In this document: positions 20,587-31,142 of the stretch, piece by piece
How the letters are laid out: each line of letters begins with the position of its first letter
Position numbering within the stretch: position 1 is the stretch's first letter
Origin: Clostridia bacterium
GTDB lineage: Bacteria; Bacillota; Clostridia; Christensenellales; UBA1242
Direction of reading: 5' to 3'
DNA length: 61,473 bases
Assembly (NCBI GenBank): GCA_017464845.1
Contig: JAFTYD010000011.1
Location: 1-61,473, forward strand
Program-made: the position numbers and the translations under genes
Notes under the pieces: generated by a model
Told to the model about the DNA's origin: nothing
Seen by the model: only the letters and a program-made list of their open reading frames with translations
Database searches by the model: none

Positions 20587-22095
20587 ATGGCAAAAACAAT
20601 AACATATCAAAACAAATTATTTGATTTTTATTTTAAAATAAAAAAAAGTAATTTTATTCAAAACTTAAACAAATTTATTTACTCTATTTGGAGTTTTGTA
20701 TTTATATCTTTTTTAACGCTTTCTGCTTATATTTTTTCACTTGAAATTTATTTCTATTTATTTATTGCTTTATATGTTATTTATATTTGTTTATTTTGTG
20801 ATGACCTTTTACCAATTGTATGTTTGTTTATTTTTTGTTATATATCCCCTTCAAGAAAAAACAATCCTGGATTAAGTACAAACTCTGTTTTTTATAATTA
20901 TAGTGGAACAATTGTTACTATAATTGCAGTTGTTTGTACAATTTCAATTTTATCAAGAATAATATTAGATAAAAATATGGGACTAAAGAAATTGTTTACA
21001 CAAAAAAAATATCTTTTATCTGGAATGATAATTTTAGGATTTGCATATTTAATTTCTGGAATTGGAAGTAAAAATTATAGTGAATATTTTTTAAATAATC
21101 TTTTATTTGCTTTTCTTCAATTTCTTTCAATATTTTTAATTTATTTTATTTTTAGTACGTCAATTAATTGGAAAAATTTACCTAAATATTATTTTCCATA
21201 TATGTGCATATTTATCGGAATAGTTGCAAGTTTAGAAATTGTTTATATTTACTTAACAAATGATGTTATTTTAGATGGAATGATAAACCGTTCAATTCTT
21301 TTCACAGGTTGGGGAACTTACAACAATGTTGGTGCAATGATAGCAATAACTATCCCCTTTGCATTTTACCTAGCTTGTAAGAAAAAACATAATTACATTT
21401 ATATTGTTTTAGCAACCATTTTACTTTTAGGAACCATAATAAGTTGTTCAAGAGGTTCGATTCTTGGTGCTATTGTAATTTATATAATTTCTTTTATCAT
21501 TTCAATTTTTAAAGCAGAAAACAAAAAAATCTTTTGGATTTCTTCAGGAATATTAATAATTGTTGCATCAATTATTGGATTAATATTTTTTGACGAAGTT
21601 AGTAAACTTTTTAGTAAGGTTCCCAAAATCGTAGAATCTACCGGTGGTGATGTAAAAGTAAATGACAGCTCTCGTTTTTATATTTATGAAAAAGGCTTTA
21701 AAGCATTTTTAAAATATCCAATTTTTGGTCAAACTTTTTACCCAACAAATTTTGTCCCATATGATTTTTCTACAATAGATTCTTTTAGTTTACTATTCCC
21801 TCCAAGATGGCATAATACAATTATTCAATTGCTTTCAAGTTGTGGAACTGTTGGAATTTTAGCTTATGGTTTTCATAGATTTCAAACTATAAAATTAATT
21901 ATCAAAAAACCATCTCTTGAAAAAACATTTATCGGTTTATCCATTTTAACTTTGCTTGCAATGAGTCTACTTGATTGTCATATATTTAACATCGGCCCTA
22001 CAATGTTTTATTCAATATCTTTAATGTTTGCTGAATTCTCAAATCAAAAAGAAAAGAATATTTCTTTTGAAGACTTAATTATTCAAAACTTATAA
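20587..22095 (+). CDS. O-antigen ligase/polymerase (Wzy_C) family membrane protein
   Basis: More than 12 TM helices; SCSRG, SSRFYIY, PIFG and HN..IQLL...G.VG motifs. Confidence 0.8.
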   Translation: MAKTITYQNKLFDFYFKIKKSNFIQNLNKFIYSIWSFVFISFLTLSAYIFSLEIYFYLFIALYVIYICLFCDDLLPIVCLFIFCYISPSRKNNPGLSTNSVFYNYSGTIVTIIAVVCTISILSRIILDKNMGLKKLFTQKKYLLSGMIILGFAYLISGIGSKNYSEYFLNNLLFAFLQFLSIFLIYFIFSTSINWKNLPKYYFPYMCIFIGIVASLEIVYIYLTNDVILDGMINRSILFTGWGTYNNVGAMIAITIPFAFYLACKKKHNYIYIVLATILLLGTIISCSRGSILGAIVIYIISFIISIFKAENKKIFWISSGILIIVASIIGLIFFDEVSKLFSKVPKIVESTGGDVKVNDSSRFYIYEKGFKAFLKYPIFGQTFYPTNFVPYDFSTIDSFSLLFPPRWHNTIIQLLSSCGTVGILAYGFHRFQTIKLIIKKPSLEKTFIGLSILTLLAMSLLDCHIFNIGPTMFYSISLMFAEFSNQKEKNISFEDLIIQNL

Positions 22096-22102
22096 AAATA
22101 AT

Positions 22103-22131
22103 AAAAAAGACTATATTTTTAGTCTTTTTTT
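22103..22131. terminator. Bidirectional intrinsic terminator
   Basis: aaaaaagact...agtcttttt hairpin between convergent genes. Confidence 0.7.
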
Positions 22132-22171
22132 ATTAAAAATTATCAATTTTTAGTACTTTTATAAAATTTTA

Positions 22172-22624
22172 TTAAAAATTCAACTTCATAGGTACAAATT
22201 TTATACCATCAATTTCTTGCATTTCTGACTCGTCTTTAAACCCTATTTTATGATAAAAATCAATCGCATAAGGTGAAGAATTTAATGTTAAAAAGTTTAC
22301 TTGACTAATACTTTTAACCTTTTCAACTAAATTTTTTGCTATACCGTTTCTATGATATTCTTTATCAACAAACAACAAATTTATATGTTGTCTATCTTTA
22401 ACACAAATCATTCCAACAATTTTATTTTCTACCTTTGCAACATAGATTTCAAAATTTTCTTTTAAGCATTTTGAAATATTATCGAAATTGGCAAACTTAT
22501 AAAACGAATTAACCCCTTCTTCAGAATAATCCGGCTTTTCAAATTCATCAAATACACAAGTTACAAGTTTTAAAGTTTCACTTAATTCTTCAATTTTTAA
22601 TTTCTCAATTTTATAGTTCATCAC
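22172..22624 (-). CDS. GNAT family N-acetyltransferase
   Basis: LLFVDKEYHRNGIA and NSSPYAIDFYHKIGF motifs. Confidence 0.9.
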   Translation of the reverse strand: MMNYKIEKLKIEELSETLKLVTCVFDEFEKPDYSEEGVNSFYKFANFDNISKCLKENFEIYVAKVENKIVGMICVKDRQHINLLFVDKEYHRNGIAKNLVEKVKSISQVNFLTLNSSPYAIDFYHKIGFKDESEMQEIDGIKFVPMKLNF

Positions 22625-22642
22625 TATCTCCGTAGATAAATT

Positions 22643-22855
22643 TTAATCTTTATTTATTAATCTATCTGCCTCTTCCAAAATTTCCCTTTCTGTTGCGTTT
22701 TCATTATTCTTAATAAAATCAACCAAATTGTCCATTTGTTCTTCTGTTTGCAAAGCTGCAATAACATACCTAATTGCATCACGAGGAACTTTTTTATCAT
22801 TTAATATTCTTATAAAAACTCTAACTAAATTTTCATTTTCTTTTGTTACTTGCAT
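22643..22855 (-). CDS. Small hypothetical protein
   Basis: 70-aa ORF with an AAAGGAG RBS, co-oriented with its neighbours. Confidence 0.65.
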   Translation of the reverse strand: MQVTKENENLVRVFIRILNDKKVPRDAIRYVIAALQTEEQMDNLVDFIKNNENATEREILEEADRLINKD

Positions 22856-22918
22856 TTCATTCTCCTTTTACCTTTAAGCAACTTTTTAATTTTAAAAAAT
22901 TTTCTTTTAATTAATATA

Positions 22919-23611
22919 TTATATCTCAATTTTTTCCATATAACCTAAACCATCTATTGTTTTATGTAATCTTAAAACAAAATCAAATTTATTTGCTTCA
23001 ACACTTAAATAAAAATCTTCTTCTGGAAAAATATCATTTAAACTTTTATCAAAAAACTTTGCACCACTTGTTATTTTTAAATTTTCAATTTCATTTTTTA
23101 AATCAATTTCATTTCCTTCTAACAAAGACTTAATATAATAAGCACACAAATTATCTTCTTCTGTTTGTGATTTAGCTTCAAGTCCCATACAAACAAGAGA
23201 AACATTTTCTGGATTTTTGCTTTTTATATACCTTGCTATAGCCTTTGCATTTACCAAACTCCCAGATATAATTTCATCAGCATTAATCGCATTTGCAATA
23301 CCCTGAGTTCCTGCACTTGTTGTGTGAATAATTATTTTTCCTGAAAAATCAACATTTCTTATTTGTGATGGTGAATTTCCATAATCAAAACCTTCCATAA
23401 TTTTGCCATGCCTTTCACCAACTAAAATTGTATCGGGATTTTTTGATTTAAAATCATAAGCTATTTGTGCATCTCCAACAGGTATAATTTTTTCTGCAGA
23501 GTTTGCTGCTAAATATGCTTCAACAGTAAAAGCCCTAAACACATCAATAATAACAGTTAAGCCTTTTGCATTCTTTGCACCATCAATCATATGCAAAATA
23601 TTTATATTCAT
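22919..23611 (-). CDS. comB: 2-phosphosulfolactate phosphatase (ComB family)
   Basis: VIIDVFRAFT, GER.G, DYGNSP, TTSAGT and EEDNLCA motifs. Confidence 0.88.
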   Translation of the reverse strand: MNINILHMIDGAKNAKGLTVIIDVFRAFTVEAYLAANSAEKIIPVGDAQIAYDFKSKNPDTILVGERHGKIMEGFDYGNSPSQIRNVDFSGKIIIHTTSAGTQGIANAINADEIISGSLVNAKAIARYIKSKNPENVSLVCMGLEAKSQTEEDNLCAYYIKSLLEGNEIDLKNEIENLKITSGAKFFDKSLNDIFPEEDFYLSVEANKFDFVLRLHKTIDGLGYMEKIEI

Positions 23612-23710
23612 GTTACCCCTCTCATATATTTTATATTATAACATATCATATTTTTTCTTGTATAAGATTTTATTAAATTTTTAAATAATTAATAAAATTT
23701 TATAAAATAA

Positions 23711-23741
23711 AAAAACATACCTATATATCGAAGTATGTTTT
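23711..23741 (-). terminator. Putative terminator downstream of mntP
   Basis: aaaaacatac...gtatgttttt inverted repeat. Confidence 0.5.
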
Positions 23742-23883
23742 TAAATTACTTAATATAAAAAATCGATTAATCTTTTTACATTATATATTTTTTATTAATA
23801 ATTTTGATTAATATTAATTTTACATAAAACTTTAAAAATATATTAAAATTTTTATTAATAATGCATATTTTTATAAATTTTCA

Positions 23884-24483
23884 TTAAGCATAAAGAGAAA
23901 TCATTCCACTAATAAAAATTTCAAGCCCGATTGCTATTAAAATAATTCCTCCAAGAATTTCTGATTTTGATGAAAACTTTGTTCCAAATTTTTTACCAAT
24001 AATATTTCCTATAACACATAACAAAAAAGTTATAAATGCAATAATCAATGCGCAAACAAATGCATTAAGAAAATTATAATTTGATATGGTAAAACCAACA
24101 GATAGAGCATCAATTGATGTTGCTATTGCTTGAACAAGAATTGTAAGAAATCCCAATTTTTTTATTTCTGTTTCACTTTCCTCTTTTTTCTTAACACATT
24201 CATATATCATCTTTGCTCCAATAAATACTAATAATACAAGAGCTATCCATGGAATAATGTGTTCAAAAATTTTAAATTTTTCAACAATTGTATAAACACA
24301 TACCCAACCTATCATTGGCATCAAACCTTGAAATAATCCAAACATCAATGAAGTCAAAAAGACTTTTATTTTTTTTATATTAGGATTATTCAATCCATTT
24401 GCAAGAGATACAGAAAATGCATCCATAGCAAGTCCAATACCAAGTAAAATACTATTTAAAAAAAACACAACACTAAAATCCAT
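23884..24483 (-). CDS. mntP: Manganese efflux pump MntP
   Basis: GLAMDAFSVS, FQGLMPMIG, AIATSIDALSVG and EILGGIILI motifs. Confidence 0.92.
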   Translation of the reverse strand: MDFSVVFFLNSILLGIGLAMDAFSVSLANGLNNPNIKKIKVFLTSLMFGLFQGLMPMIGWVCVYTIVEKFKIFEHIIPWIALVLLVFIGAKMIYECVKKKEESETEIKKLGFLTILVQAIATSIDALSVGFTISNYNFLNAFVCALIIAFITFLLCVIGNIIGKKFGTKFSSKSEILGGIILIAIGLEIFISGMISLYA

Positions 24484-24489
24484 AATTAT

Positions 24490-25530
24490 CTAAATCAAAG
24501 TCCTTAAAACTAAATATGCTAAATATACAAAATAGAAAATTATTAATATAAAACCTTCTTTTTTTCCTAATTTTCCCTTTAATGCAAATACAAACACTAA
24601 TATTGTTGCAAGCATCATCATTATTAAATCAACTATAATTTGAGAACCAACAGTTAATGGACTTATTATTCCAGAAATCCCCAAAACAAATAACACGTTA
24701 AATATATTTGAACCAATTACATTTCCAAGTGCCATGTCAGCTTCACCCTTTTTTGCAGCCACGATTGAAGTTACAAGTTCAGGTAAAGAAGTTCCTATAG
24801 CAACAATTGTAAGTCCAACTAAAGATTCAACTAAATCATGGTTAAGCTTTGCAACATCACCAATTCCAATAGCAATATTTTTTGCACCATAAACAACAGC
24901 TTCACCACCTAAGACAATTCCAGCTATACCAATGATAACAAAAATAATTGCTTTCCAAGTAGCCATAACTTTTATATTATCTTTTTCTTCTTGTAATGAA
25001 AAAGATTGTTTTTCTTTTTTTGCATCGAAAACTATGTATATCATATAAACTATTATTAACACAACAAGAATTATAGCTTCCCATCTTAAAACTGCATATT
25101 GACCATTTAATGAAAATAAAATTCCAAATAAAGATAATATCAATGAAACAAAAATAAGAATTGGAAATTCTTTTTTACAAACACTTTTCTTTACACAAAT
25201 TGGTGAAAAAAGCGCGCAAAAACCTAAAATTAACAATAAATTTGCAATATTTGAACCGACAACATTTCCTATTGCAACATTTGCGTTTCCACCTTTTATT
25301 AAACAAGTAACTGAATCACTAGCTGAAACAGCGAGTTCCGGAAGACTTGTCCCCATAGCAACAATTGTTAAACCAATGATTAATGGAGAAATATGAAATT
25401 TCTTTGCAATTGAAGATGCAGCCGAAACAAATAAGTCAGAAAACTTAACTAAGAAAATTATTCCAACAACAAACAATGCTGCACAAATTAACCAACTATA
25501 CCATGTTCCCATATTTAAATCTTTTAACAT
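24490..25530 (-). CDS. Calcium/sodium antiporter (CaCA, YrbG-like)
   Basis: Two alpha repeats GTSLPEL...GNV(V/I)GSNI; GGAGG RBS before the ATG at 25530. Confidence 0.92.
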   Translation of the reverse strand: MLKDLNMGTWYSWLICAALFVVGIIFLVKFSDLFVSAASSIAKKFHISPLIIGLTIVAMGTSLPELAVSASDSVTCLIKGGNANVAIGNVVGSNIANLLLILGFCALFSPICVKKSVCKKEFPILIFVSLILSLFGILFSLNGQYAVLRWEAIILVVLIIVYMIYIVFDAKKEKQSFSLQEEKDNIKVMATWKAIIFVIIGIAGIVLGGEAVVYGAKNIAIGIGDVAKLNHDLVESLVGLTIVAIGTSLPELVTSIVAAKKGEADMALGNVIGSNIFNVLFVLGISGIISPLTVGSQIIVDLIMMMLATILVFVFALKGKLGKKEGFILIIFYFVYLAYLVLRTLI

Positions 25531-25944
25531 TTTAACCTCCAAAATAATTAAAAAATCATATTTAATCAAGTTTTTTATATATTTTTATATATTTTTCCTA
25601 ACATTGTAACATAATATTACAATATTTAACAATAAATTTTATAAGAATTATAAAAATATTTTTTTAAAATTTTAAACAAATATATGTATAACTTTTTATC
25701 TTAAACTCGACTTTTAAACCACCTTATTCCATAGCAAATAATATTTAAAAAGTCAACTATTTTTCAAAAATTTATTTATAAAAATGTGTCTAAAAATACT
25801 TGTATTAAATGTTAAAAAGTGCTATGGTTAATAGTAGATAATTTTGATTAATTACTAAATTTCAAATTGACTTTTTGTAAAAAAAGCCAATTGTATTTTT
25901 CTCAAAATTACATTTATGAAAGAATTGAAATTAAGGAGAGAAAC

Positions 25945-28134
25945 ATGATTAAAGTTATTAAAAAGTCTGGCGTGTATGAAGATTTCAATGAGAAAAAAAT
26001 TATCTCTGCAATAAGAAAATCTGCTGAAAGAGTTATGATAACTCTTACCCCTGAACAAGAAGAACAAGTTTGTAATTTTGTTAGATCAACATTAACTGAC
26101 AATTCAAATGTACAAGTTTCTACAATGCATAATATTGTTGAAACTGCTCTTGACAAAGTAAATCCTCATGTTGCTAAAAGTTACAGAGAATATAGAGATA
26201 ACAAAGCTTCTTTTGCAAATATGCTCGACAAAGTTTATAAAAAGAAACTTGGTTTAAATTTTATTGGCGATAGAAGTAATGCAAATGCTGATAGTGCTAT
26301 CATTACAACTCAAAGAGCAATTGTATATAATGAATTAAATAGTGAATTATATAAAAAATTCTTCTTAACTAATGAAGAAGAAAAAGTAATGAGTGAAGGA
26401 TATATTTATATTCACGACAGAGGAAGTAGACTTGACTCTTTCAACTGCTGTCTTGCTAATGTTAAAGAAATTTTACATGGTGGTTTTGAAATGGGAAACC
26501 TTCATTATAACGAACCAAAAACATTAGATGTTGCCTTTGACCTTATTGGTGATATCATAATGAATATGGCTTCTTGTCAATATGGTGGTTTTACTATTAG
26601 TGAAATTGATAAAGTATTATGTCCTTATGCTGAACTTAGTTATGAAAAATATTATACAGATTATGAAAATATCCTTAAAGATGCAAATACAACACTTACC
26701 GACTTTGAAATTAAAAGCAAATCAGAAGAATTTGCTATAACAAAAGTTAAAAGAGAATTTGAACAAGGCTGGCAAGGTCTTGAAATGAAATTAAATAGTG
26801 TTGGTTCTAGTCGTGGAGATTATCCTTTTACAGCTGTTTCATTTGGTCTCGGAAAATCAAAATTTGAAACAATGTGTTCATCTATTGCTATGAAAGTTAG
26901 AGCCGGTGGACAAGGTGAAAAAGGTTTTAAACACCCTGTTTTATTCCCTAAATTATCTTTCCTTTATGATGAAAACGTACATGGTGAAGGTAAAGAACTT
27001 GAATGGTTATTTTTAGAAGCTATTGATTGTTCTAGTAAAGCAATGTACCCTGATTACATAAGCTGCACTGGAGATGGTTACTGTGGCGATATATATAGAA
27101 AATATGGAAAAACTATATCTCGTATGGGTTGTAGAGCAACTCTTGCCCCTTGGTTTGTAAAAGGTGGTTTTGAACCTGCTGACGAAAATGATGAACCAGT
27201 TTTCGAAGGTAGAATGAACATGGGTGCAATAAGTCTTCACTTCCCTATGATTATGCAAAAAGCAAAAAATATTTATCAAGAAAATATAAATCGTGGAAAC
27301 AATTCAAAAACATTAGATGATATTTTCTTTGATGAACTTAGTTATTATTGTGAATTAATAAGAAATATACATAAAAGAACTTATGAATATTTCAGTCATA
27401 AAAAAGCAGGAACAAATCCTCTTGCATTCTGTCAAGGTGGTTTGATTGGTGGTCATATGAATCCTGAAGAAGAAATTGGTAGAGAATTCTTAAAACCTAT
27501 GACTGCATCTTTTGGTATTACAGCGTTAAACGAAACTCAATTTTTATATAATGGCAAATCATTGGTAGAAGATCAAAGTTTTGCTATAAAAATCTTACAA
27601 TTTATGGACGAATATAAGAAAAAATCAACATCTGAAGATAAAATCTTATATGCCCTTTATGGCACACCTGCAGAAAGTCTTTGTGGATTACAAGTTGAAC
27701 AATTTAGAAAAATGTTTGGAGAAGTTAAAGGCGTAACAGATAAACCTTACACTTCAAATAGTTTCCATTGTGCAGTTTATGAAGACATTACTCCTATTCA
27801 AAAACAAGATATCGAATATAAAATGTATCATTATTGCAATGGTGGTGCAATTCAATATTGTAGATATCCTATCGAATATAACAAAGATGCTATTATAACT
27901 TTAGTTAGAAGAGCAATGAAAATGGGATTCTATGAAGGTGTAAATCTTCAACTTGATTATTGTGAAGAATGTGGGGCTCAATTTATTGATAGCGACAATT
28001 GTCCACAATGTAACAGTGAAAATATAACTAGAATTGAAAGAATGAATGGATATTTAGGTTATTCAAGAGTTAACGGAAGATCAATGTATGCTGATCATAA
28101 GTTAGCAGAATTTAAAGATAGAGTGAGTATGTAA
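25945..28134 (+). CDS. nrdD: Anaerobic (class III) ribonucleoside-triphosphate reductase
   Basis: N-terminal ATP cone, IYIHD, FNCC, MGCR, TPAES, C-terminal Zn ribbon and glycyl-radical RMNGYLG; AAGGAG RBS before the ATG at 25945. Confidence 0.95.
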   Translation: MIKVIKKSGVYEDFNEKKIISAIRKSAERVMITLTPEQEEQVCNFVRSTLTDNSNVQVSTMHNIVETALDKVNPHVAKSYREYRDNKASFANMLDKVYKKKLGLNFIGDRSNANADSAIITTQRAIVYNELNSELYKKFFLTNEEEKVMSEGYIYIHDRGSRLDSFNCCLANVKEILHGGFEMGNLHYNEPKTLDVAFDLIGDIIMNMASCQYGGFTISEIDKVLCPYAELSYEKYYTDYENILKDANTTLTDFEIKSKSEEFAITKVKREFEQGWQGLEMKLNSVGSSRGDYPFTAVSFGLGKSKFETMCSSIAMKVRAGGQGEKGFKHPVLFPKLSFLYDENVHGEGKELEWLFLEAIDCSSKAMYPDYISCTGDGYCGDIYRKYGKTISRMGCRATLAPWFVKGGFEPADENDEPVFEGRMNMGAISLHFPMIMQKAKNIYQENINRGNNSKTLDDIFFDELSYYCELIRNIHKRTYEYFSHKKAGTNPLAFCQGGLIGGHMNPEEEIGREFLKPMTASFGITALNETQFLYNGKSLVEDQSFAIKILQFMDEYKKKSTSEDKILYALYGTPAESLCGLQVEQFRKMFGEVKGVTDKPYTSNSFHCAVYEDITPIQKQDIEYKMYHYCNGGAIQYCRYPIEYNKDAIITLVRRAMKMGFYEGVNLQLDYCEECGAQFIDSDNCPQCNSENITRIERMNGYLGYSRVNGRSMYADHKLAEFKDRVSM

Positions 28135-28626
28135 ATGAATTATCATAATATAAAACATGACGACATGTTAAATGGAAAAGGTCTTAGAGTAAGTTTGTTT
28201 GTAAGTGGTTGTTCTTGTCATTGTCACAACTGTCACAATCCTCAAACATGGGATAAAGATAGTGGAATATTATTTGATGATAAAGCAAAACAAGAGATTT
28301 TTGAAGAACTTGAAAAAGACTATATTGATGGTATCACCCTAACTGGTGGTCACCCACTAGAAGAATATAATCTTAAAGAAATTACCAATCTATGCAAAGA
28401 AATAAAAGAAAAATTTAATAACAAAACTATTTGGCTTTACACAGGTTTTTTATATGAAAATATTCAATCTTTGCAGGTTATGGATTATATAGATGTTTTA
28501 GTTGATGGTCCTTTTGTTGAAAGTTTAAAAGATAAAAATGCAAAATGGATAGGTTCAACAAACCAAAGAGTTATTGATGTTAAAAAATCAAAAACAAAAA
28601 ATAGAATTATACTTTTAGATAAATAA
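28135..28626 (+). CDS. nrdG: Anaerobic RNR activating protein
   Basis: NGKGLRVSLFVSGC..HCHNCHNP, LVDGPF and GSTNQRVID motifs. Confidence 0.95.
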   Translation: MNYHNIKHDDMLNGKGLRVSLFVSGCSCHCHNCHNPQTWDKDSGILFDDKAKQEIFEELEKDYIDGITLTGGHPLEEYNLKEITNLCKEIKEKFNNKTIWLYTGFLYENIQSLQVMDYIDVLVDGPFVESLKDKNAKWIGSTNQRVIDVKKSKTKNRIILLDK

Positions 28627-28634
28627 GGATAAAT

Positions 28635-29072
28635 ATGAGAAAATTTGAAAAAGTAAGCACAGCTGACAACGGAATTATTCCTACACGTTCTGATGTAGGT
28701 TCTGCTGGATATGATTTTTATGCTGTTGAAGATTTAACAATAAAACCTCAAGAAATGGTTAAATTTAAAACCAATATAAAAGCTTGCATGGAAAAAGATG
28801 AAGTATTGTTGCTTTATGTAAGAAGTTCAATTGGTATCAAGAAAAATTTAATGTTATGTAATGGAACTGGAGTTATTGATAGTACATATTACAATAACCC
28901 TGATAATGAAGGAAATATCTTCTGCACCCTTTTCAACTATGGAACAGAAACTCAAGAAATAAAAGCTGGAGATCGTGTTATGCAAGGTGTTTTTGTTAAA
29001 TATCTAATCACTGATGATGATAACACAGTGAATGAAATTAGAACTGGTGGAATTGGTTCAACAGGTAATTAA
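28635..29072 (+). CDS. dut: dUTP diphosphatase (trimeric)
   Basis: SAGYD, RSS, GVIDSTY, MQG and RTGGIGSTG (motifs I-V). Confidence 0.95.
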   Translation: MRKFEKVSTADNGIIPTRSDVGSAGYDFYAVEDLTIKPQEMVKFKTNIKACMEKDEVLLLYVRSSIGIKKNLMLCNGTGVIDSTYYNNPDNEGNIFCTLFNYGTETQEIKAGDRVMQGVFVKYLITDDDNTVNEIRTGGIGSTGN

Positions 29073-29090
29073 AATCATATATTTATTTAT

Positions 29091-29136
29091 AAAATATCAA
29101 AAAAAAACAGCAATTATGCTGTTTTTTTGATATTTT
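29091..29136 (+). terminator. Terminator of nrdD-nrdG-dut
   Basis: aaaaaaacagca-atta-tgctgttttttt hairpin, extended by flanking atatc/gatat. Confidence 0.75.
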
Positions 29137-29202
29137 TAACAACTTTTATTAAAGTTTTATTTATATAAAAATTATAATGACAATATTTAAAAAAATTATT
29201 AC

Positions 29203-29235
29203 AAAAAAACACCTAGAATTTTTCTAGGTGTTTTT
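29203..29235 (-). terminator. Terminator of the yhaO/yhaN-like operon
   Basis: aaaaacacctaga...tctaggtgttttt hairpin. Confidence 0.75.
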
Positions 29236-29240
29236 AACTT

Positions 29241-31142
29241 TTAGTCAATAGTCCTAAACTTTGAACAAGTAAAGTTTAAAATTTGATAATCCTTTGAAAG
29301 CTCATTTAAAAGTTTATTTACTTTTTCAATTTTATCATCATCTAAATTAACAAAAGAATCATCAAAAATTATAAATGGTTTTTCCCTCTTAAAAACAAGA
29401 TCAATAAGTGCTAATCTTTTACAAAAATATATCAAATCTTGATAACCAGCACTCATATATTCCACTTCCTTAAAAGTTGAATTTATATCAAGTTTTATAT
29501 TTAAATCAACATCAAAATCTAGTTTATTTTTATTGTTATCAATAAGGTCAAAATACTTTTTAAAATTCCTAGAAATTGGATTTAAAAATTTTACAGATAA
29601 ATTATTTTTTGCTTGTTCAAGATAAGAAATTGTAGTTTGTAAAATTTTTACTTTATCCCCAACTTCATCTGTATCTTCCCTCTTATTTTCTATAATACTT
29701 AAATTTTCTTTTATTGAAGCCTCAAGTCTTTCTTTATTATAATTTAAATTCTTAATTTCATTGTTTAAAATTGCTACTTCCCTATCACAAATATTGAATT
29801 GTTCTTCAGCTTCAATTTTTTCATTTTCCAACACCTCAAACGGCATATTAAAATTATTTTTTATTTCCTTAAAAAGCAAAGAAACTTTTTCTTGAACATC
29901 ACACAATTCTTTGTTTTTGGTCATCATTTCTTCTTCAATACTTTCAAATTTAACAAGTCTTTCTCTATATACTTTTAAAGCTTCATTTACTTTATCATAA
30001 TTAAATTTTAACTTACCAAAAAACTCATTACTTTCATCATCTAAAACAAATTTTTTCGCTTTTATATACTTAATTAAAATTATAATAAAAGGAATAAATG
30101 ACAATAATGACAAACATAAAACTGTTAAAGTAATTGCATTGAACCCAACCAAAACTGCAATCACACTCGCCATAGAAACTATTACAATTGCCATAAAAAG
30201 ATACATTAAAATATTTTTTAAATTTGCACCATTTGACATTCTTTTTTTGTTAAACAATTTATCTTTTATCTCTTCAAATTTTTCAAGTTTTTCTCTATTT
30301 AAATAATCTTCCAAAATACTATTTTTTTCTTGTTTTAGTTTGTCAATACTATCAGCAAGATTGCTTATTTTATCTTCATTAGTTTCTATATTTTCAAGAC
30401 AGTTTTTATAATAATCATAGTTTTGTTGCACTTTTTTTAGATTTTTTTCGCTATTTTCTTTATTTTTTTCAATTTCTATTAATTTTTTTTCGTAAGATGC
30501 GATTTTTTGTTTTATAAAATTTGAATTTTCTTTGTCTTCTTCTACCTTATACAAAAGCATACTCATATCATTATCATGTGAAATATTTGACTTTAATTCT
30601 CTCATTTTTTTTGAGATAGAATTGTTTGCTTTTGTAAATTTATCAACATCATCGTTGTTTGTTTTTATGCCAGAAAGATTAGCTCTAATATCATCTGTAA
30701 CAGAAGATATTAATGCACTTTGTGGGAAAAAAGTTGTCATTTCAAATGTTTCCTCTCCAACTCCGAATAATTCATATCCTAGATTTTGAGAATATTCATT
30801 TGATTCTAAATTTGTGTTTAAATCATATAATTTAAACATATCTTTATCTGGTTGTGCGCCAAAATTTCTAATAACTCTATATCTACTTTTTTTTGTTTCA
30901 AATTCAAGAGAACCACCAAACAAACCATCGCTATTCCAAGATTTATATTTACTTCTTAGTGCGACATATTCTTTATTTCTTCCTTTTGCTGACATACCAT
31001 AAAACATTACTTTTACGAATGTTGCAAGAGTAGTTTTTCCCCACCCATTTTCTCTATTTATATTACAAATATTTTCATCAAAATTAAAATCAAAATTTGA
31101 AAAGAGACCAAAATTATCTATATGACAACTTATTAATTTCAT
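29241..31142 (-). CDS. YhaN/SbcC-like SMC-type ATPase
   Basis: Walker A ENGWGKTT, long coiled coil with two TM segments, signature MSAG and Walker B FDDSFVNLD. Confidence 0.85.
   Translation of the reverse strand: MKLISCHIDNFGLFSNFDFNFDENICNINRENGWGKTTLATFVKVMFYGMSAKGRNKEYVALRSKYKSWNSDGLFGGSLEFETKKSRYRVIRNFGAQPDKDMFKLYDLNTNLESNEYSQNLGYELFGVGEETFEMTTFFPQSALISSVTDDIRANLSGIKTNNDDVDKFTKANNSISKKMRELKSNISHDNDMSMLLYKVEEDKENSNFIKQKIASYEKKLIEIEKNKENSEKNLKKVQQNYDYYKNCLENIETNEDKISNLADSIDKLKQEKNSILEDYLNREKLEKFEEIKDKLFNKKRMSNGANLKNILMYLFMAIVIVSMASVIAVLVGFNAITLTVLCLSLLSFIPFIIILIKYIKAKKFVLDDESNEFFGKLKFNYDKVNEALKVYRERLVKFESIEEEMMTKNKELCDVQEKVSLLFKEIKNNFNMPFEVLENEKIEAEEQFNICDREVAILNNEIKNLNYNKERLEASIKENLSIIENKREDTDEVGDKVKILQTTISYLEQAKNNLSVKFLNPISRNFKKYFDLIDNNKNKLDFDVDLNIKLDINSTFKEVEYMSAGYQDLIYFCKRLALIDLVFKREKPFIIFDDSFVNLDDDKIEKVNKLLNELSKDYQILNFTCSKFRTID

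Noticed and set aside
25531-25760. yybP-ykoY Mn riboswitch upstream of the antiporter-mntP operon
   Set aside because: No GGGGAGUA-like core or GC-rich helices are visible.
25670-25944. NrdR boxes upstream of nrdD
   Set aside because: The closest sequence (aaacaaatatatgtat) does not fit the consensus register, and no tandem pair was found.
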